Source: Fibrobacteria bacterium
Lineage (GTDB): Bacteria > Fibrobacterota > Fibrobacteria > UBA11236 > JADFYW01
Reading direction: 5' to 3'
Length of the DNA: 64,000 bases
Assembly (NCBI GenBank): GCA_050294405.1
Contig: JBNKOC010000007.1
Span: forward strand, 64,001-128,000
The position numbers were made by a program, and so were the translations under genes. This document shows positions 39,991 through 50,013 of this stretch, one piece after another. How positions within the stretch are numbered: the stretch's first letter is position 1; every line of letters begins with the position of its first letter. A model generated the notes under the pieces. That model was not told the origin of the DNA and searched no databases. It saw nothing but the letters and a program-made list of their open reading frames with translations.

Positions 39991-40794
39991 ATGTACTGGG
40001 AGCTTTTACTTTTACCATTTGTGGCCTGCCTGGTATCGGCTTTGCCCCATTGCTGGTTCGGTATCCATGTATTGAAAAGAGAAATAATATTTATTGATCT
40101 GGCTATTGCGCAAATAGCCGCAATGGGAGCGGCCATTGGTTTATTGGCCGGATTTGAACCGGGAAGTGGGGTCTCTCTGGGCATTAGTTTAGTCTTAACA
40201 TTAATTACCAGCATATTTTTTGCCCTGTTTAAATCAGAAAATAACAATATACCCATTGAAGCTGTCATAGGAATCAGCTATGCGGCCGCCTCTGCCCTAT
40301 CCATTTTAGTATTGGACAAATCTTCGGAAGGAAGCGAACATCTAAAGAATTTTTTAGTGGGAAACATATTAACTGTAGAGTTGAAGGAAATAGGAAAAAT
40401 TACAGCCATATATTTGGGAATAGGTTTTTTTCATTACCTATATCACAAACATTTTACTGGCCGGGCAACAGCCAATATAAAGGCCGTTAATTTTACTTTT
40501 TATCTTTCCTTTGGATTAATGGTGTCTTTTTCTGTAAAAACTCTGGGAGTGTTATTAGTGTTTTCTATGTTGGTTATTCCTGCCGTAGCAGCCCGCATGT
40601 ATGCAAAAAAAATGGGCAAAATGATAGCCATTGCATTTGTCTTTAGCATTATCTCAAGCTTTCTTGGAATTGCTGCCAGTTTCCAGTGGGACTTTCCCAT
40701 GGGAGCTTCGCTGGTGATGGTTTTTACGGTTGTTTTAGTTCTATTTGGGGGTGGAAAGACCCTTTTTGGTTTAAAAAAAAGAGTTGATGGTTAA
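39991..40794 (+). CDS. Metal ABC transporter permease (ZnuB/TroC-like)
   Basis: H..FG.HVLKR.IIF.DLAIAQ, EA.IG..Y, GVLLVFS.LVIPA; hydrophobic throughout. Confidence 0.9.
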   Translation: MYWELLLLPFVACLVSALPHCWFGIHVLKREIIFIDLAIAQIAAMGAAIGLLAGFEPGSGVSLGISLVLTLITSIFFALFKSENNNIPIEAVIGISYAAASALSILVLDKSSEGSEHLKNFLVGNILTVELKEIGKITAIYLGIGFFHYLYHKHFTGRATANIKAVNFTFYLSFGLMVSFSVKTLGVLLVFSMLVIPAVAARMYAKKMGKMIAIAFVFSIISSFLGIAASFQWDFPMGASLVMVFTVVLVLFGGGKTLFGLKKRVDG

Positions 40795-40825
40795 ATTTAA
40801 AGCCAAAATTGTATATTAACCCTTT

Positions 40826-41230
40826 ATGAAGTTAAATCACAAATATTTTAGTTTTTTGATTGTCCTCGCAATTTTGCATTCTTTTGGAATAGCGGCCCAC
40901 AAAGACATTCTTTGCTTTGAAAGCGATGGCAGCACTAACATTGAATATTTAAAAGCAGACAAGTGTTGCAAAACCAGCCATGCAATACCTTCCTATGTTT
41001 CCATTAGCGAAAAAGACAATTGCCATGGCTGTCAGGACCTTGATGTTAAGGAAAATAAGCAAATTCATGTTAAAGAAAAATCCAGCTTGTCATTTCCAAA
41101 ACCGGCTAGCTTTACCTCGCTCCAATATTATTTGCCAAGTAGTTCTCAAAAAATTACTCCCTCTTACTTCTCCCTACTCCGGCCAATTTTAAGCCTGGAA
41201 CATAAAAAAACCAACGTACTCAGGCTTTAG
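40826..41230 (+). CDS. Small Cys/His-rich exported-type protein upstream of czcC (possible leader, in the position of CzcI)
   Basis: Signal-like N-terminus; LCFESDG, CC, CHGC.D; ends TNVLRL. Confidence 0.65.
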   Translation: MKLNHKYFSFLIVLAILHSFGIAAHKDILCFESDGSTNIEYLKADKCCKTSHAIPSYVSISEKDNCHGCQDLDVKENKQIHVKEKSSLSFPKPASFTSLQYYLPSSSQKITPSYFSLLRPILSLEHKKTNVLRL

Positions 41231-41316
41231 CCACTCCCTCTCCATTATTTCAGGGTTTTAACCCTCGATCGGCACCACGGCCGGTCCTTATTCAATTTTA
41301 ATTTTTGGAGAACAAC

Positions 41317-42627
41317 ATGTTTTTTTTATCCTTAAAGGGACATTTAAAATTTTGCAAATATTTCGGCCTCATATCTTATCTGACCGCTAGTATTTATTCC
41401 AGCCCACCGCAACCAAAATCTGAGTGGAATCCCGGCGAAAGTCCGCAACAAATAGATATAGCAGCGGCTTTGGAGTTGGCTTATAAACATAATCCCAAAC
41501 TTCAGGCAATGGCTCTGGAATATTACAGACTGGATAAGATAAAAGAGCAGGAAGGAAAATCCAGTAATCCAAATTTTGAATCGAAGTTTGAAAATTTTCT
41601 GGGAAGCAATGAGTTTTCCGGTTATCAAAACATGGAAGCCAGCGCCTCCATTAACCAGGAAATAGATTTAGGCGGGAAAATCCACAAGAAACAAAAAATC
41701 GCCGAAGCTCATAAAAATATTTCTGACATGGAATACCAAAAAGAAAAACGCCAACTTCGTTATACAGTACTTGGCCATTACATAAGGATATTGGCCTTGC
41801 AAGAAAGAGTAAAACTTTTGGAACAAGCCTATGGAGTTCAGCAACATATTTTAAAAGAATCGGAAAAACGCTTTGAAGCCGGAATGGTTTCCAAATCAGA
41901 AGTGTTAAGGGGACAAATTGAGCTATCCCTTATACATTCCCAAATAGACGAAACCAAATTTGAATTATCTAAAAAAAACAATGAATTGGGAAGCCTATGG
42001 GGATCCAACACAGAAAGTTTTACCCTAGCTAAGGGAAATTTAATTCAGAATCTACCCCAATTTCCCGAAAATCTGGCGGCCGATTCCAAGTACAACAATA
42101 TGGACTTGCAAAAATTGCTAGCGGAAGAAAAACTATATGAAACAAAAATGGAATTCGCTAAAGCGCAAACAATCCCAAATCTGGAAATAGAAATTGGGGG
42201 CAAACGGGATTTTGGATCGGAAAGCAATGCGCTAGAGCTATCTCTCAGCCTTCCCCTTCCCGTTTGGAACCAATATTCAAAATCCGTGGATGCAGTCCAA
42301 CTAAAAATAAAACAAATACAAAGGGAAAAAATTGCCACAAGGCTGTCCATTGAAACCCATATTAACAGCCTTTATAAGGCTGTTTCCTATCACAAAGAAA
42401 GTATCCACCATTTGTCCGAAGAAATTATTCCCAACGCCATTGTGAGTGATTCAACAGCTCAAGAGGCTTACATGGCCGGAAAGGTAAGTCAAATGGATCT
42501 TCTGGATAACCAACGCATTATTTTACATGTAAAAAAAGAACTTATTGAAAATTACAAAATGTTATACCTGGTATACTCCGAATTAGAATTACTCAGCGGA
42601 ACAACCATTATTGAATTTAAAAATTAG
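41317..42627 (+). CDS. czcC: TolC-family outer-membrane efflux protein
   Basis: AL..A..HNP.L, Q.IDLGGK, RFEAG.VS..E, PNL.I..G, LSLPLP.WNQ; precedes CzcB/CzcA. ATG 41317 with GGAG RBS preferred over TTG 41305. Confidence 0.85.
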   Translation: MFFLSLKGHLKFCKYFGLISYLTASIYSSPPQPKSEWNPGESPQQIDIAAALELAYKHNPKLQAMALEYYRLDKIKEQEGKSSNPNFESKFENFLGSNEFSGYQNMEASASINQEIDLGGKIHKKQKIAEAHKNISDMEYQKEKRQLRYTVLGHYIRILALQERVKLLEQAYGVQQHILKESEKRFEAGMVSKSEVLRGQIELSLIHSQIDETKFELSKKNNELGSLWGSNTESFTLAKGNLIQNLPQFPENLAADSKYNNMDLQKLLAEEKLYETKMEFAKAQTIPNLEIEIGGKRDFGSESNALELSLSLPLPVWNQYSKSVDAVQLKIKQIQREKIATRLSIETHINSLYKAVSYHKESIHHLSEEIIPNAIVSDSTAQEAYMAGKVSQMDLLDNQRIILHVKKELIENYKMLYLVYSELELLSGTTIIEFKN

Positions 42628-42636
42628 GAAGCAACA

Positions 42637-43632
42637 ATGATCAAGCACAAGCAAATTGCATTAATAGGGATTACCATTGTAATCGGTTTGTTTTTTGGAA
42701 TAAAAATCTGGAATATGGAACCTGTTAAAATAGCCTCCGGCCACGACCACCATCATGGGGATGAAGAACATCACGAAGTGCATGGCAAACATCCGGAAGA
42801 TAAAGATCACGAAGCAGAACAGCTTGAACTTTCAGAAGAAGCCCTCAAAAAATCCGAAATAGAGTTTTCCATTGCGGGCCCACAACAAATTTCCAAAACC
42901 CTAACCTTACATGGAACCGTTATTCCCAATCAAAATAACCTGGCCCGAGTATCGCCTCGGTTTCCAGGAATAATAAAAAAAATGTATAAAAACTTAGGGG
43001 ATTATGTGCGTAAGGGTGATACTCTGGCCATAGTTGAAAGCAACGAAAGCCTTAGTCCCTACCCCTTATTGGCATATATTGGTGGCATTATTATTGAGAA
43101 AAACAGTACTTTGGGCGAATTTGCTGAAACACATGACCACTTATATACCATTGTAAATTTGCATACTGTCTGGATAGAATTTAATGTACATCGCGATGAT
43201 TTTGCCATGCTCAGTAAAGGGCAAAAAGTGTCCATCTATTTAGATGACAACAGCGAGCCCCAATACGGCAAGCTGGATTACCTCTCTCCTGTTGGAAACG
43301 AAGGTACCCAATCGGTAGTTGCCAGGGCTTCTATTTCCAACCCAAATAAAAATTGGACTTTAGGTCTTTATGTATATGGAAAGATTTCCATTGGCACAAG
43401 AGAAGTTAAAGTAGCCGTTTTACGGAATGCCATACAAACTGTAGAAAACAAAAAGTCTCTGTTTGTAAAAGAGGAAGGTAAAATAGAAATCAGGCAAGTG
43501 CACATAGGAAAAGAAGGTTTGGAGTTTGTGGAAATTCTTTCCGGCATAGAAGCTGGGGAACGTTATGCATCTGAAAACAGTTTTATTTTAAAAGCTGAAC
43601 ATGGAAAGTCTGAGGCCACCCATGAACATTAA
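42637..43632 (+). CDS. czcB: RND membrane-fusion protein with His-rich N-terminus
   Basis: GHDHHHGDEEHHEVHGKH; VSPRFPG.I, GD.V.KG..LA.VES; C-terminal SF.LKAE.GK.EA.HEH. Confidence 0.9.
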   Translation: MIKHKQIALIGITIVIGLFFGIKIWNMEPVKIASGHDHHHGDEEHHEVHGKHPEDKDHEAEQLELSEEALKKSEIEFSIAGPQQISKTLTLHGTVIPNQNNLARVSPRFPGIIKKMYKNLGDYVRKGDTLAIVESNESLSPYPLLAYIGGIIIEKNSTLGEFAETHDHLYTIVNLHTVWIEFNVHRDDFAMLSKGQKVSIYLDDNSEPQYGKLDYLSPVGNEGTQSVVARASISNPNKNWTLGLYVYGKISIGTREVKVAVLRNAIQTVENKKSLFVKEEGKIEIRQVHIGKEGLEFVEILSGIEAGERYASENSFILKAEHGKSEATHEH

Positions 43633-43662
43633 TATTTGCAACAGCACATTCTGGGGGCTTAC

Positions 43663-46600
43663 ATGCACAGTATAATCTCATTTTCCATTAAAAACCGCTG
43701 GCTGATTATTCTTGCCACCTTATGTATGGCCGCTCTTGGAGTCTACAATTTTAAAAATTTGCCTATAGACGCCGTACCGGATATTACTAATGTCCAGGTT
43801 CAAATTAACAGCGAAGCGGAGGGTTATTCGCCTTATGAAGTGGAGCAACGTATTACCTTCCCCATTGAAACAGCCATGGCGGGCATCCCTAAACTAAAAC
43901 AAACCCGCTCTTTGTCCCGTTACGGGCTATCCCAGGTCACCGTGATTTTTGAAGACGGAACCGATATTTATTTTGCCAGACAGTTAATAGCCGAACGTAT
44001 TCAGGATATCCGTGAAGCTTTGCCCGAAGCTGTGGAAACTTCAATGGGGCCAATTGCAACCGGACTGGGGGAAATTTATAGTTGGACTTTAGAAGCCGAC
44101 AGCACAGCTCTTACTAAAGAAGGGAAACCCTACAGCTCTGCAGACCTCAAAACCATTCAGGATTGGGTTGTAAAGCCTCAAATAAGAAACATTAAAGGGG
44201 TGACCGAGGTAAACTCCATTGGAGGATTTACCAAACAATTCCATGTGACTCCAGATCCCCACAAACTTATTTCATTCGGATTAAATTTTGGTGATGTTAT
44301 GCAAGCATTAATGGAAAACAACCAAAATATTGGGGCAGGTTACATTGAAAACAACGGCGAGCAATATATTGTAAGAGTTCCAGGACAGGTTTATGAAATT
44401 GAAGACATTAAAAACATCGTGATTAAAAATGAACAGGGGCTCCCCGTAAGCCTAAAAAGGGTGGCCAATGTATCTTTGGGCAAAGAACTAAGGACAGGAG
44501 CTGCAACCATAAATGGAAAAGAAGCGGTATTGGGCACCGCCTTTATGTTAATGGGAGAAAACAGCCGGGTGATTTCGCAAAAAGTCGACCAGGGTATACG
44601 ACAATTACAAAGTTCTCTGCCCAAAGGCGTCCATGCAAGCCCTGTGTACAACCGCACCCAATTAGTCGATAAGACCATCGCCACTGTTAAGAAAAATTTA
44701 GTAGAAGGCGCCGTTTTGGTAATCGTGGTTTTACTTTTATTCCTGGGAAATATCAGAGCCGCCTTGCTTACCGCCATGATAATTCCCCTATCCATGTTGT
44801 TTACAGTAACCGGCATGGTAAGCGGAAAAATTAGTGGAAATCTTATGAGCCTTGGCGCCATTGACTTTGGAATTATTGTGGATGGCGCAGTAATTATAGT
44901 TGAAAATTGTGTGCTGCAATTAACCCTGTCGCAAAAAAAATCTTCCCGAATATTAACTCTTGCTGAGAGGATTAAAATTACTATGGCCGCTACCAAAGAA
45001 ATGGTACGACCCAGCTTTTTTGGTGTTCTTATTATCATGGCAGTGTATTTACCTATCCTAACCCTGGTTGGTGTGGAGGGAAAGATGTTTCGGCCAATGG
45101 CTATCACAGTATTATTGGCTTTGACAGGAGCTTTAATTTTATCGGTTACCTTTATTCCAGCCTCCGTGGCCATTTTATTTAGGGGAAAAATTTCCGAAAA
45201 AGAAAATGCCACTATTAAGTTTTTGAAAAAAGGGTACCGACCATTGCTTCAATCGGCTTTAAGCAACAGGATATTTGTGCTAACCTTTGCTATTACCGTT
45301 GTTATTTTGGGCTTATTGTTAGCCACCAAAATGGGCCGCGAGTTTATACCTAAACTGGATGAAGGCGACATTGCTCTTCACGCTATGCGCATACCGGGAA
45401 CTTCTTTAAGCCAATCTGTGGAAATGGAAAAACTGGTGGAAAAAGAAATACTAACATTTCCGGAGGTAAAAAGAGTTTTTAGTAAAATAGGAACTCCTGA
45501 AATAGCTACCGACCCCATGCCCCCAAATGTTGCCGATTGCTTTGTGATGTTAAAGCCAAAAAAAGAATGGCCTAACCCAGACAAATACAAATCAGCCTTA
45601 ATTGAGGAAATTCAGGAGAAATTAAATTTATTGCCGGGGAATAATTATGAATTTACCCAACCCATTGAAATGCGCTTTAATGAACTTATTTCAGGAGTCA
45701 GAAGCGATGTTGCCGTAAAAATATTCGGAGACAATATGGATACCCTGATAAGCACCGCCAACAAGATAGCCGATAAACTACGACCCATAACTGGTGCTAG
45801 TGATGTGAAAGTAGAACAGGTCTCCGGCTTGCCTATGATTGAGGTAGAATTCAAACAGGTTTGGCTAGATAGATACGGGCTCAACCGCTCCGAAGTTCAA
45901 AACGCAGTTTCTCTGGCTATTGGAGGTGTTAAAGCCGGAGAGGTTTTTGAAGGAGACAAAAGGTTCGATATTATAGTGCGTCTTCCCGAAAACCTGAGAA
46001 ATAATTTGGAAAGTATCAAACAACTCCCCATTGCGATTCCCAATGCCAAACGCAATACCCACGAAAAAGAAGGCGTTCTTCCCAAATCTATCTCCTCCAA
46101 TTACCTGCCACTTTCGGCATTAGCAAACATAACATACAACCCAGGACCCAACCAGGTGAGCCGGGAAAATGGAAAGCGCCGGATTGTAGTAACTGCCAAT
46201 GTACGCAATAGGGATTTGGGAAGTTTTGTAAAAGAAGCCCAACTCCTTATTTCTAAAGAAAAATTACCCGAAGGCTACTGGATAACCTGGGGGGGACAAT
46301 TTGAAAATTTATTGGTAGCCAGCCAACGCCTAAAACTGGTCACTCCCCTGGCCCTCATGTTAATTATGCTGCTTTTATTTTTAAGTCTTGGTAGTTTTAA
46401 AGATTCACTTCTGGTTTTTTCGGGCATTCCCCTGGCTTTAACGGGTGGAATATTTTTACTTTGGCTTAGAGATATTCCTCTTTCCATATCTGCCAGTGTC
46501 GGTTTTATCGCCTTATCTGGGGTCGCCGTTTTAAACGGACTTGTGATGATAACCCGAATCCGTTCTTTATGTATAGAGGGAAAAGCTGTTGAAATGGCCA

Positions 46601-46818
46601 TTTTAGAAGGTCCAAGTTCCAGGCTAAGACCTGTGTTAATGACAGCATTGGTAGCTTCGCTTGGTTTTGTTCCTATGGCACTGAATACAGGTACCGGAAG
46701 CGAAGTGCAAAGGCCCCTTGCCACGGTGGTTATAGGTGGAATACTTTCTTCAACTATTTTAACTTTGTTTGTACTACCAGTCTTGTATAGTTTGGTGAAC
46801 AGGAAACGAGTGAATTAA
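43663..46818 (+). CDS. czcA: Heavy-metal RND efflux pump, CusA/CzcA family
   Basis: LPIDAVPDITNVQVQ, GPIATGLGEI, GAIDFGIIVDGAVIIVEN, EGKMFRPMA, RLRPVLMTALVASLGF.PMA, EVQRPLATVVIGG. ATG 43663 with GGGGG RBS preferred. Confidence 0.95.
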   Translation: MHSIISFSIKNRWLIILATLCMAALGVYNFKNLPIDAVPDITNVQVQINSEAEGYSPYEVEQRITFPIETAMAGIPKLKQTRSLSRYGLSQVTVIFEDGTDIYFARQLIAERIQDIREALPEAVETSMGPIATGLGEIYSWTLEADSTALTKEGKPYSSADLKTIQDWVVKPQIRNIKGVTEVNSIGGFTKQFHVTPDPHKLISFGLNFGDVMQALMENNQNIGAGYIENNGEQYIVRVPGQVYEIEDIKNIVIKNEQGLPVSLKRVANVSLGKELRTGAATINGKEAVLGTAFMLMGENSRVISQKVDQGIRQLQSSLPKGVHASPVYNRTQLVDKTIATVKKNLVEGAVLVIVVLLLFLGNIRAALLTAMIIPLSMLFTVTGMVSGKISGNLMSLGAIDFGIIVDGAVIIVENCVLQLTLSQKKSSRILTLAERIKITMAATKEMVRPSFFGVLIIMAVYLPILTLVGVEGKMFRPMAITVLLALTGALILSVTFIPASVAILFRGKISEKENATIKFLKKGYRPLLQSALSNRIFVLTFAITVVILGLLLATKMGREFIPKLDEGDIALHAMRIPGTSLSQSVEMEKLVEKEILTFPEVKRVFSKIGTPEIATDPMPPNVADCFVMLKPKKEWPNPDKYKSALIEEIQEKLNLLPGNNYEFTQPIEMRFNELISGVRSDVAVKIFGDNMDTLISTANKIADKLRPITGASDVKVEQVSGLPMIEVEFKQVWLDRYGLNRSEVQNAVSLAIGGVKAGEVFEGDKRFDIIVRLPENLRNNLESIKQLPIAIPNAKRNTHEKEGVLPKSISSNYLPLSALANITYNPGPNQVSRENGKRRIVVTANVRNRDLGSFVKEAQLLISKEKLPEGYWITWGGQFENLLVASQRLKLVTPLALMLIMLLLFLSLGSFKDSLLVFSGIPLALTGGIFLLWLRDIPLSISASVGFIALSGVAVLNGLVMITRIRSLCIEGKAVEMAILEGPSSRLRPVLMTALVASLGFVPMALNTGTGSEVQRPLATVVIGGILSSTILTLFVLPVLYSLVNRKRVN

Positions 46819-46883
46819 GAAAAAGTTTTCAGGAACTGCTTGCTCCTACTACTAATGTTGTCAATTAAATTACCCTTGTTAAG

Positions 46884-47453
46884 CTAGAAAATAGTTTTTA
46901 ATTGCTTTCTTAATTCCGGGATAGCGGTAGCTTCAAACCAGGGATTTTTCTTTAACCAAATATTATTTCTTGGCGAGGGATGAGGTAATGGGAAGTATTT
47001 AGGCAAGTATTCAAGGTAATTTTTTACAGTCTCGGTTAACGTCTGCTTAATTTTACTTTCTAAATAATACCTCTGAGCATAATTCCCAACCAAAATAATT
47101 AACTCCAAATTTTTGATTTGGTTCAATACTAAGTCATGCCACTTAGGGGCACATTCAGGCCTGGGAGCTAAATCGCCACTTTTTCCCCTACCCGGATAAC
47201 AAAAACCCATTGGCACTAATGCGAATAAATCTTTGTTATAAAAATCACTTTTCGAAACACCCAACCATGTCCTTAATCTATCACCGCTCTTATCATTCCA
47301 TGGAATTCCTGTTTTGTGAACAACACTTCCTGGCGCTTGGCCAATGATTATAACTTTACTGTTAGGACTCGCAGACACAACGGGATTTACCCCATGCTCT
47401 AAATGCGGCAAACAAATGGTGCATTTTTTTATTTCTGATAAAAGGAAGTCCAC
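46884..47453 (-). CDS. Uracil-DNA glycosylase superfamily protein
   Basis: C..C, IIGQAPG, PW.D.SG.RLR.W, PMGFCYPG, LPHPSPRN. Confidence 0.9.
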   Translation of the reverse strand: MDFLLSEIKKCTICLPHLEHGVNPVVSASPNSKVIIIGQAPGSVVHKTGIPWNDKSGDRLRTWLGVSKSDFYNKDLFALVPMGFCYPGRGKSGDLAPRPECAPKWHDLVLNQIKNLELIILVGNYAQRYYLESKIKQTLTETVKNYLEYLPKYFPLPHPSPRNNIWLKKNPWFEATAIPELRKQLKTIF

Positions 47454-47504
47454 CTGTATTTCCTGAGATGTTTAAGTTTCTTAGTGTGGGTCTTTGTCCA
47501 TGTT

Positions 47505-47963
47505 TTATTTTTCCACAATCTCTTTGAGCTTATTTAATGCCTTCGGCCAAATTGCGTTAAAATAATCCAAGAAGTCTTCGGTAACATCGATTTCCACCGT
47601 TACCACTGTCGCCTCATCATTTTCTTGAAATGAATAGTTTTCTAACCCACCTACCCATTTTTCAACTTCTGGTCCCTCAGTAATTTCTTTTTCACCGTCT
47701 AAAAGACCATAATGACGGATAGAAACAAACTTATATGGAATGTTATCTGCAATTTCAGATACCATTCCACCCCGTTTGCCATTTTCATCCACTCCAATAA
47801 AATACATCTTTGAACCCTTTTCCCAGCTTCCTTCATAAGTTGAGGTTGGGTTGAATTCGAAGGTCCAATGCTTGTATGTTTCAATATCATTAATGCCAAG
47901 CATAGTATTGTAGACCTGCTCAGCAGATGCCTTAATGGCTTTTTTGAATTGTATTTTTTTCAT
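47505..47963 (-). CDS. SRPBCC/AHSA1-like protein
   Basis: I.AS.E.VY..M...Y..W...F, GSWEKGS, W.KAL.KLKE. Confidence 0.8.
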   Translation of the reverse strand: MKKIQFKKAIKASAEQVYNTMLGINDIETYKHWTFEFNPTSTYEGSWEKGSKMYFIGVDENGKRGGMVSEIADNIPYKFVSIRHYGLLDGEKEITEGPEVEKWVGGLENYSFQENDEATVVTVEIDVTEDFLDYFNAIWPKALNKLKEIVEK

Positions 47964-48224
47964 GGTATTTATTGGTTAAGGTTTGTGGCTAATTTAGTGA
48001 TTGCCTCTAATCATAACAAATAATTGGTTCCTTCATAAAGTAGTATAACTATTCCACATTTACAGCGAATTGATTTTGTTATTAGCCGTAAAATTTATTC
48101 CAAAATCGGCATGTGGGAGAACCGAAGTTTTTTTTAATCCAGTAAATATTGAGAAATTTATATTGGCATCCATTTCTTAAAAGGGGTATACTAATCGAGG
48201 AAAGCCTTTATTCCGGCTGTTAGT

Positions 48225-48590
48225 TTGAAACGAAAAATTCTAATTATAGATGACAATGCGGAACAACGCGAATTGCTTTCAATGGCATTGGGCTATCTTA
48301 AGGTTCTTACTTTCGAAGCTAAATCCGGCACAGAGGGCCTGGAAAAACTTAGGGAAGTCGATGTTGACTTAGTGTTAATGGATTTAGAAATGCCCCGGAT
48401 GAACGGTTTTGAAACCATTAAAAATATCCGACACATACTGGGGCTAAAAGACCTCCCAATTATGGTAGTATCTGGATCTGTGGACAGACCCTCCCTCCAG
48501 AAAGTCCTGGAATTGGGTATAACCGAAGTTCTGGTTAAACCCATAAAAATGGAGCTACTGGTTCAAAAAGTAAACCAGCTCCTTCACTAA
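48225..48590 (+). CDS. Single-domain response regulator (CheY-like receiver)
   Basis: ILIIDD, DLVLMDLEMPRMNGF, VVSG, KP. Confidence 0.88.
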   Translation: MKRKILIIDDNAEQRELLSMALGYLKVLTFEAKSGTEGLEKLREVDVDLVLMDLEMPRMNGFETIKNIRHILGLKDLPIMVVSGSVDRPSLQKVLELGITEVLVKPIKMELLVQKVNQLLH

Positions 48591-48617
48591 AGCTAAAATG
48601 TTGAGATATTAAGAAGG

Positions 48618-49628
48618 TCAATCCTTCCTGCAAATTTCATTTACCAATGGGTTGCCTAAAAAATAGCTCTGAATATTCAATAAAGTTGTCTCAGCAATGC
48701 GTGTTAACGCCTCATGAGTTAAAAATGCCTGATGGGATGTAATTAGAACATTTGGAAATGTCATTAATCTTAAAATCAACTCGTCCTCTATAATACTCTC
48801 AGATAAGTCATTAAAAAACAAATTTTCCTCCTGTTCATATACATCTATACCCAAATAACCAATTTTTTTTAATTTCAACGCTTTTATCACATCATCTGTA
48901 TTTATTAACTTTCCCCTGCTGGTGTTGATGATCATCACGCCAGCCTTCATTAACAAAAAGGACTTTTCGTTTATAATATATTGGGTCTGAGAATTTAAAG
49001 GGCAATGTAATGAAATAATGTCAGATTTCTTATACAATTCTTCTAATGAGCAATAGTGTACCCCCATTTTTTTAACGTCATCTGATTCGGACACATCATA
49101 CGCTAAAACTTCACATCCGAACCCCAACATAATCCGGCAAAATGCTTTTCCAATTTGACCTGTTCCAATAACGCCTACAACCTTTTTGTAAAGATTAAAA
49201 CCAGTTAACCTATCAAGTGAAAAGTTGCATTCACGAATCCTATTATAAGCTTTATGGGTTTTTCGGTTTAGGGTTAAAACAAGGGCAACTGCGTGTTCTG
49301 CCACTGATTCGGGAGAATAAGAAGGAACTCTAACAATTTTTATATTGCGCGATTTCGCACTATCCAAATCAACATTATTAAAACCCGCACATCTTAACGC
49401 TACAACAGCGATATTTAATTCCGATAATTTTTCAATTACTTCTCTATCTAAAACATCGTTAACAAATATGCAGACTGCGTCAAAGCCCTTGGCTAATTCA
49501 ATTGTACTGGAATTTAATGAGGCTTCAAAATAAATAATTTGAAAATTATAGCGGTTATTTGCGGATTCCAAATATTCTTTATCATAGGGCTTCGAACTAA
49601 AGACCGCGATTTTCTTGAGTTTCTCCAT
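48618..49628 (-). CDS. ldhA: D-lactate dehydrogenase (D-2-hydroxyacid dehydrogenase)
   Basis: FSSKPYD, CIFVND, ALRCAGFNNVD, RVPSYSP.SVAEH, GTGQIG, INTSRG, DVYEQE, NVLITSHQAFLT. Confidence 0.9.
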   Translation of the reverse strand: MEKLKKIAVFSSKPYDKEYLESANNRYNFQIIYFEASLNSSTIELAKGFDAVCIFVNDVLDREVIEKLSELNIAVVALRCAGFNNVDLDSAKSRNIKIVRVPSYSPESVAEHAVALVLTLNRKTHKAYNRIRECNFSLDRLTGFNLYKKVVGVIGTGQIGKAFCRIMLGFGCEVLAYDVSESDDVKKMGVHYCSLEELYKKSDIISLHCPLNSQTQYIINEKSFLLMKAGVMIINTSRGKLINTDDVIKALKLKKIGYLGIDVYEQEENLFFNDLSESIIEDELILRLMTFPNVLITSHQAFLTHEALTRIAETTLLNIQSYFLGNPLVNEICRKD

Positions 49629-49693
49629 ATATCAGTAAATATAGAATTTTAGCCCATATTGCGTTTAAATTTGGATACCAGCCCCTTCAATAA

Positions 49694-50002
49694 CTATCCT
49701 ATTTTTTCTCCTTTTATCAGCAGCATTGTTTTTACCGATTCTTCTTTCAGATGAATAAAATTCAATCTCTCGCCATCGTTCATAAAATCCTGCAAATCCT
49801 GCTCAGAATCAAATGAAATAAAATGAATCTCATACGGTAATTCACTTTGGTGATTGTCAATAAAATTTTCTTTACTCGGTCTTACCCGGTAAATGATTTT
49901 TCCCTTGTACTTTTCCATCAATGGAATAGCAAAACTTTCGAATTCCAGAAAAATTTTTTCTTTCCCTTCTTTTACAAAGACCAATTGTGTTATGTAAATC
50001 AT
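49694..50002 (-). CDS. DUF1330-like dimeric alpha/beta barrel protein
   Basis: F..FE....P.M.KY.G, PYEIH.ISF.S...F..D.ER. Confidence 0.65.
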   Translation of the reverse strand: MIYITQLVFVKEGKEKIFLEFESFAIPLMEKYKGKIIYRVRPSKENFIDNHQSELPYEIHFISFDSEQDLQDFMNDGERLNFIHLKEESVKTMLLIKGEKIG

Positions 50003-50013
50003 TTTAAATAATC

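Noticed and set aside
44391..45212. 273-aa antisense ORF
   Set aside because: Shadow of the czcA transmembrane region on the opposite strand; no recognisable motifs.
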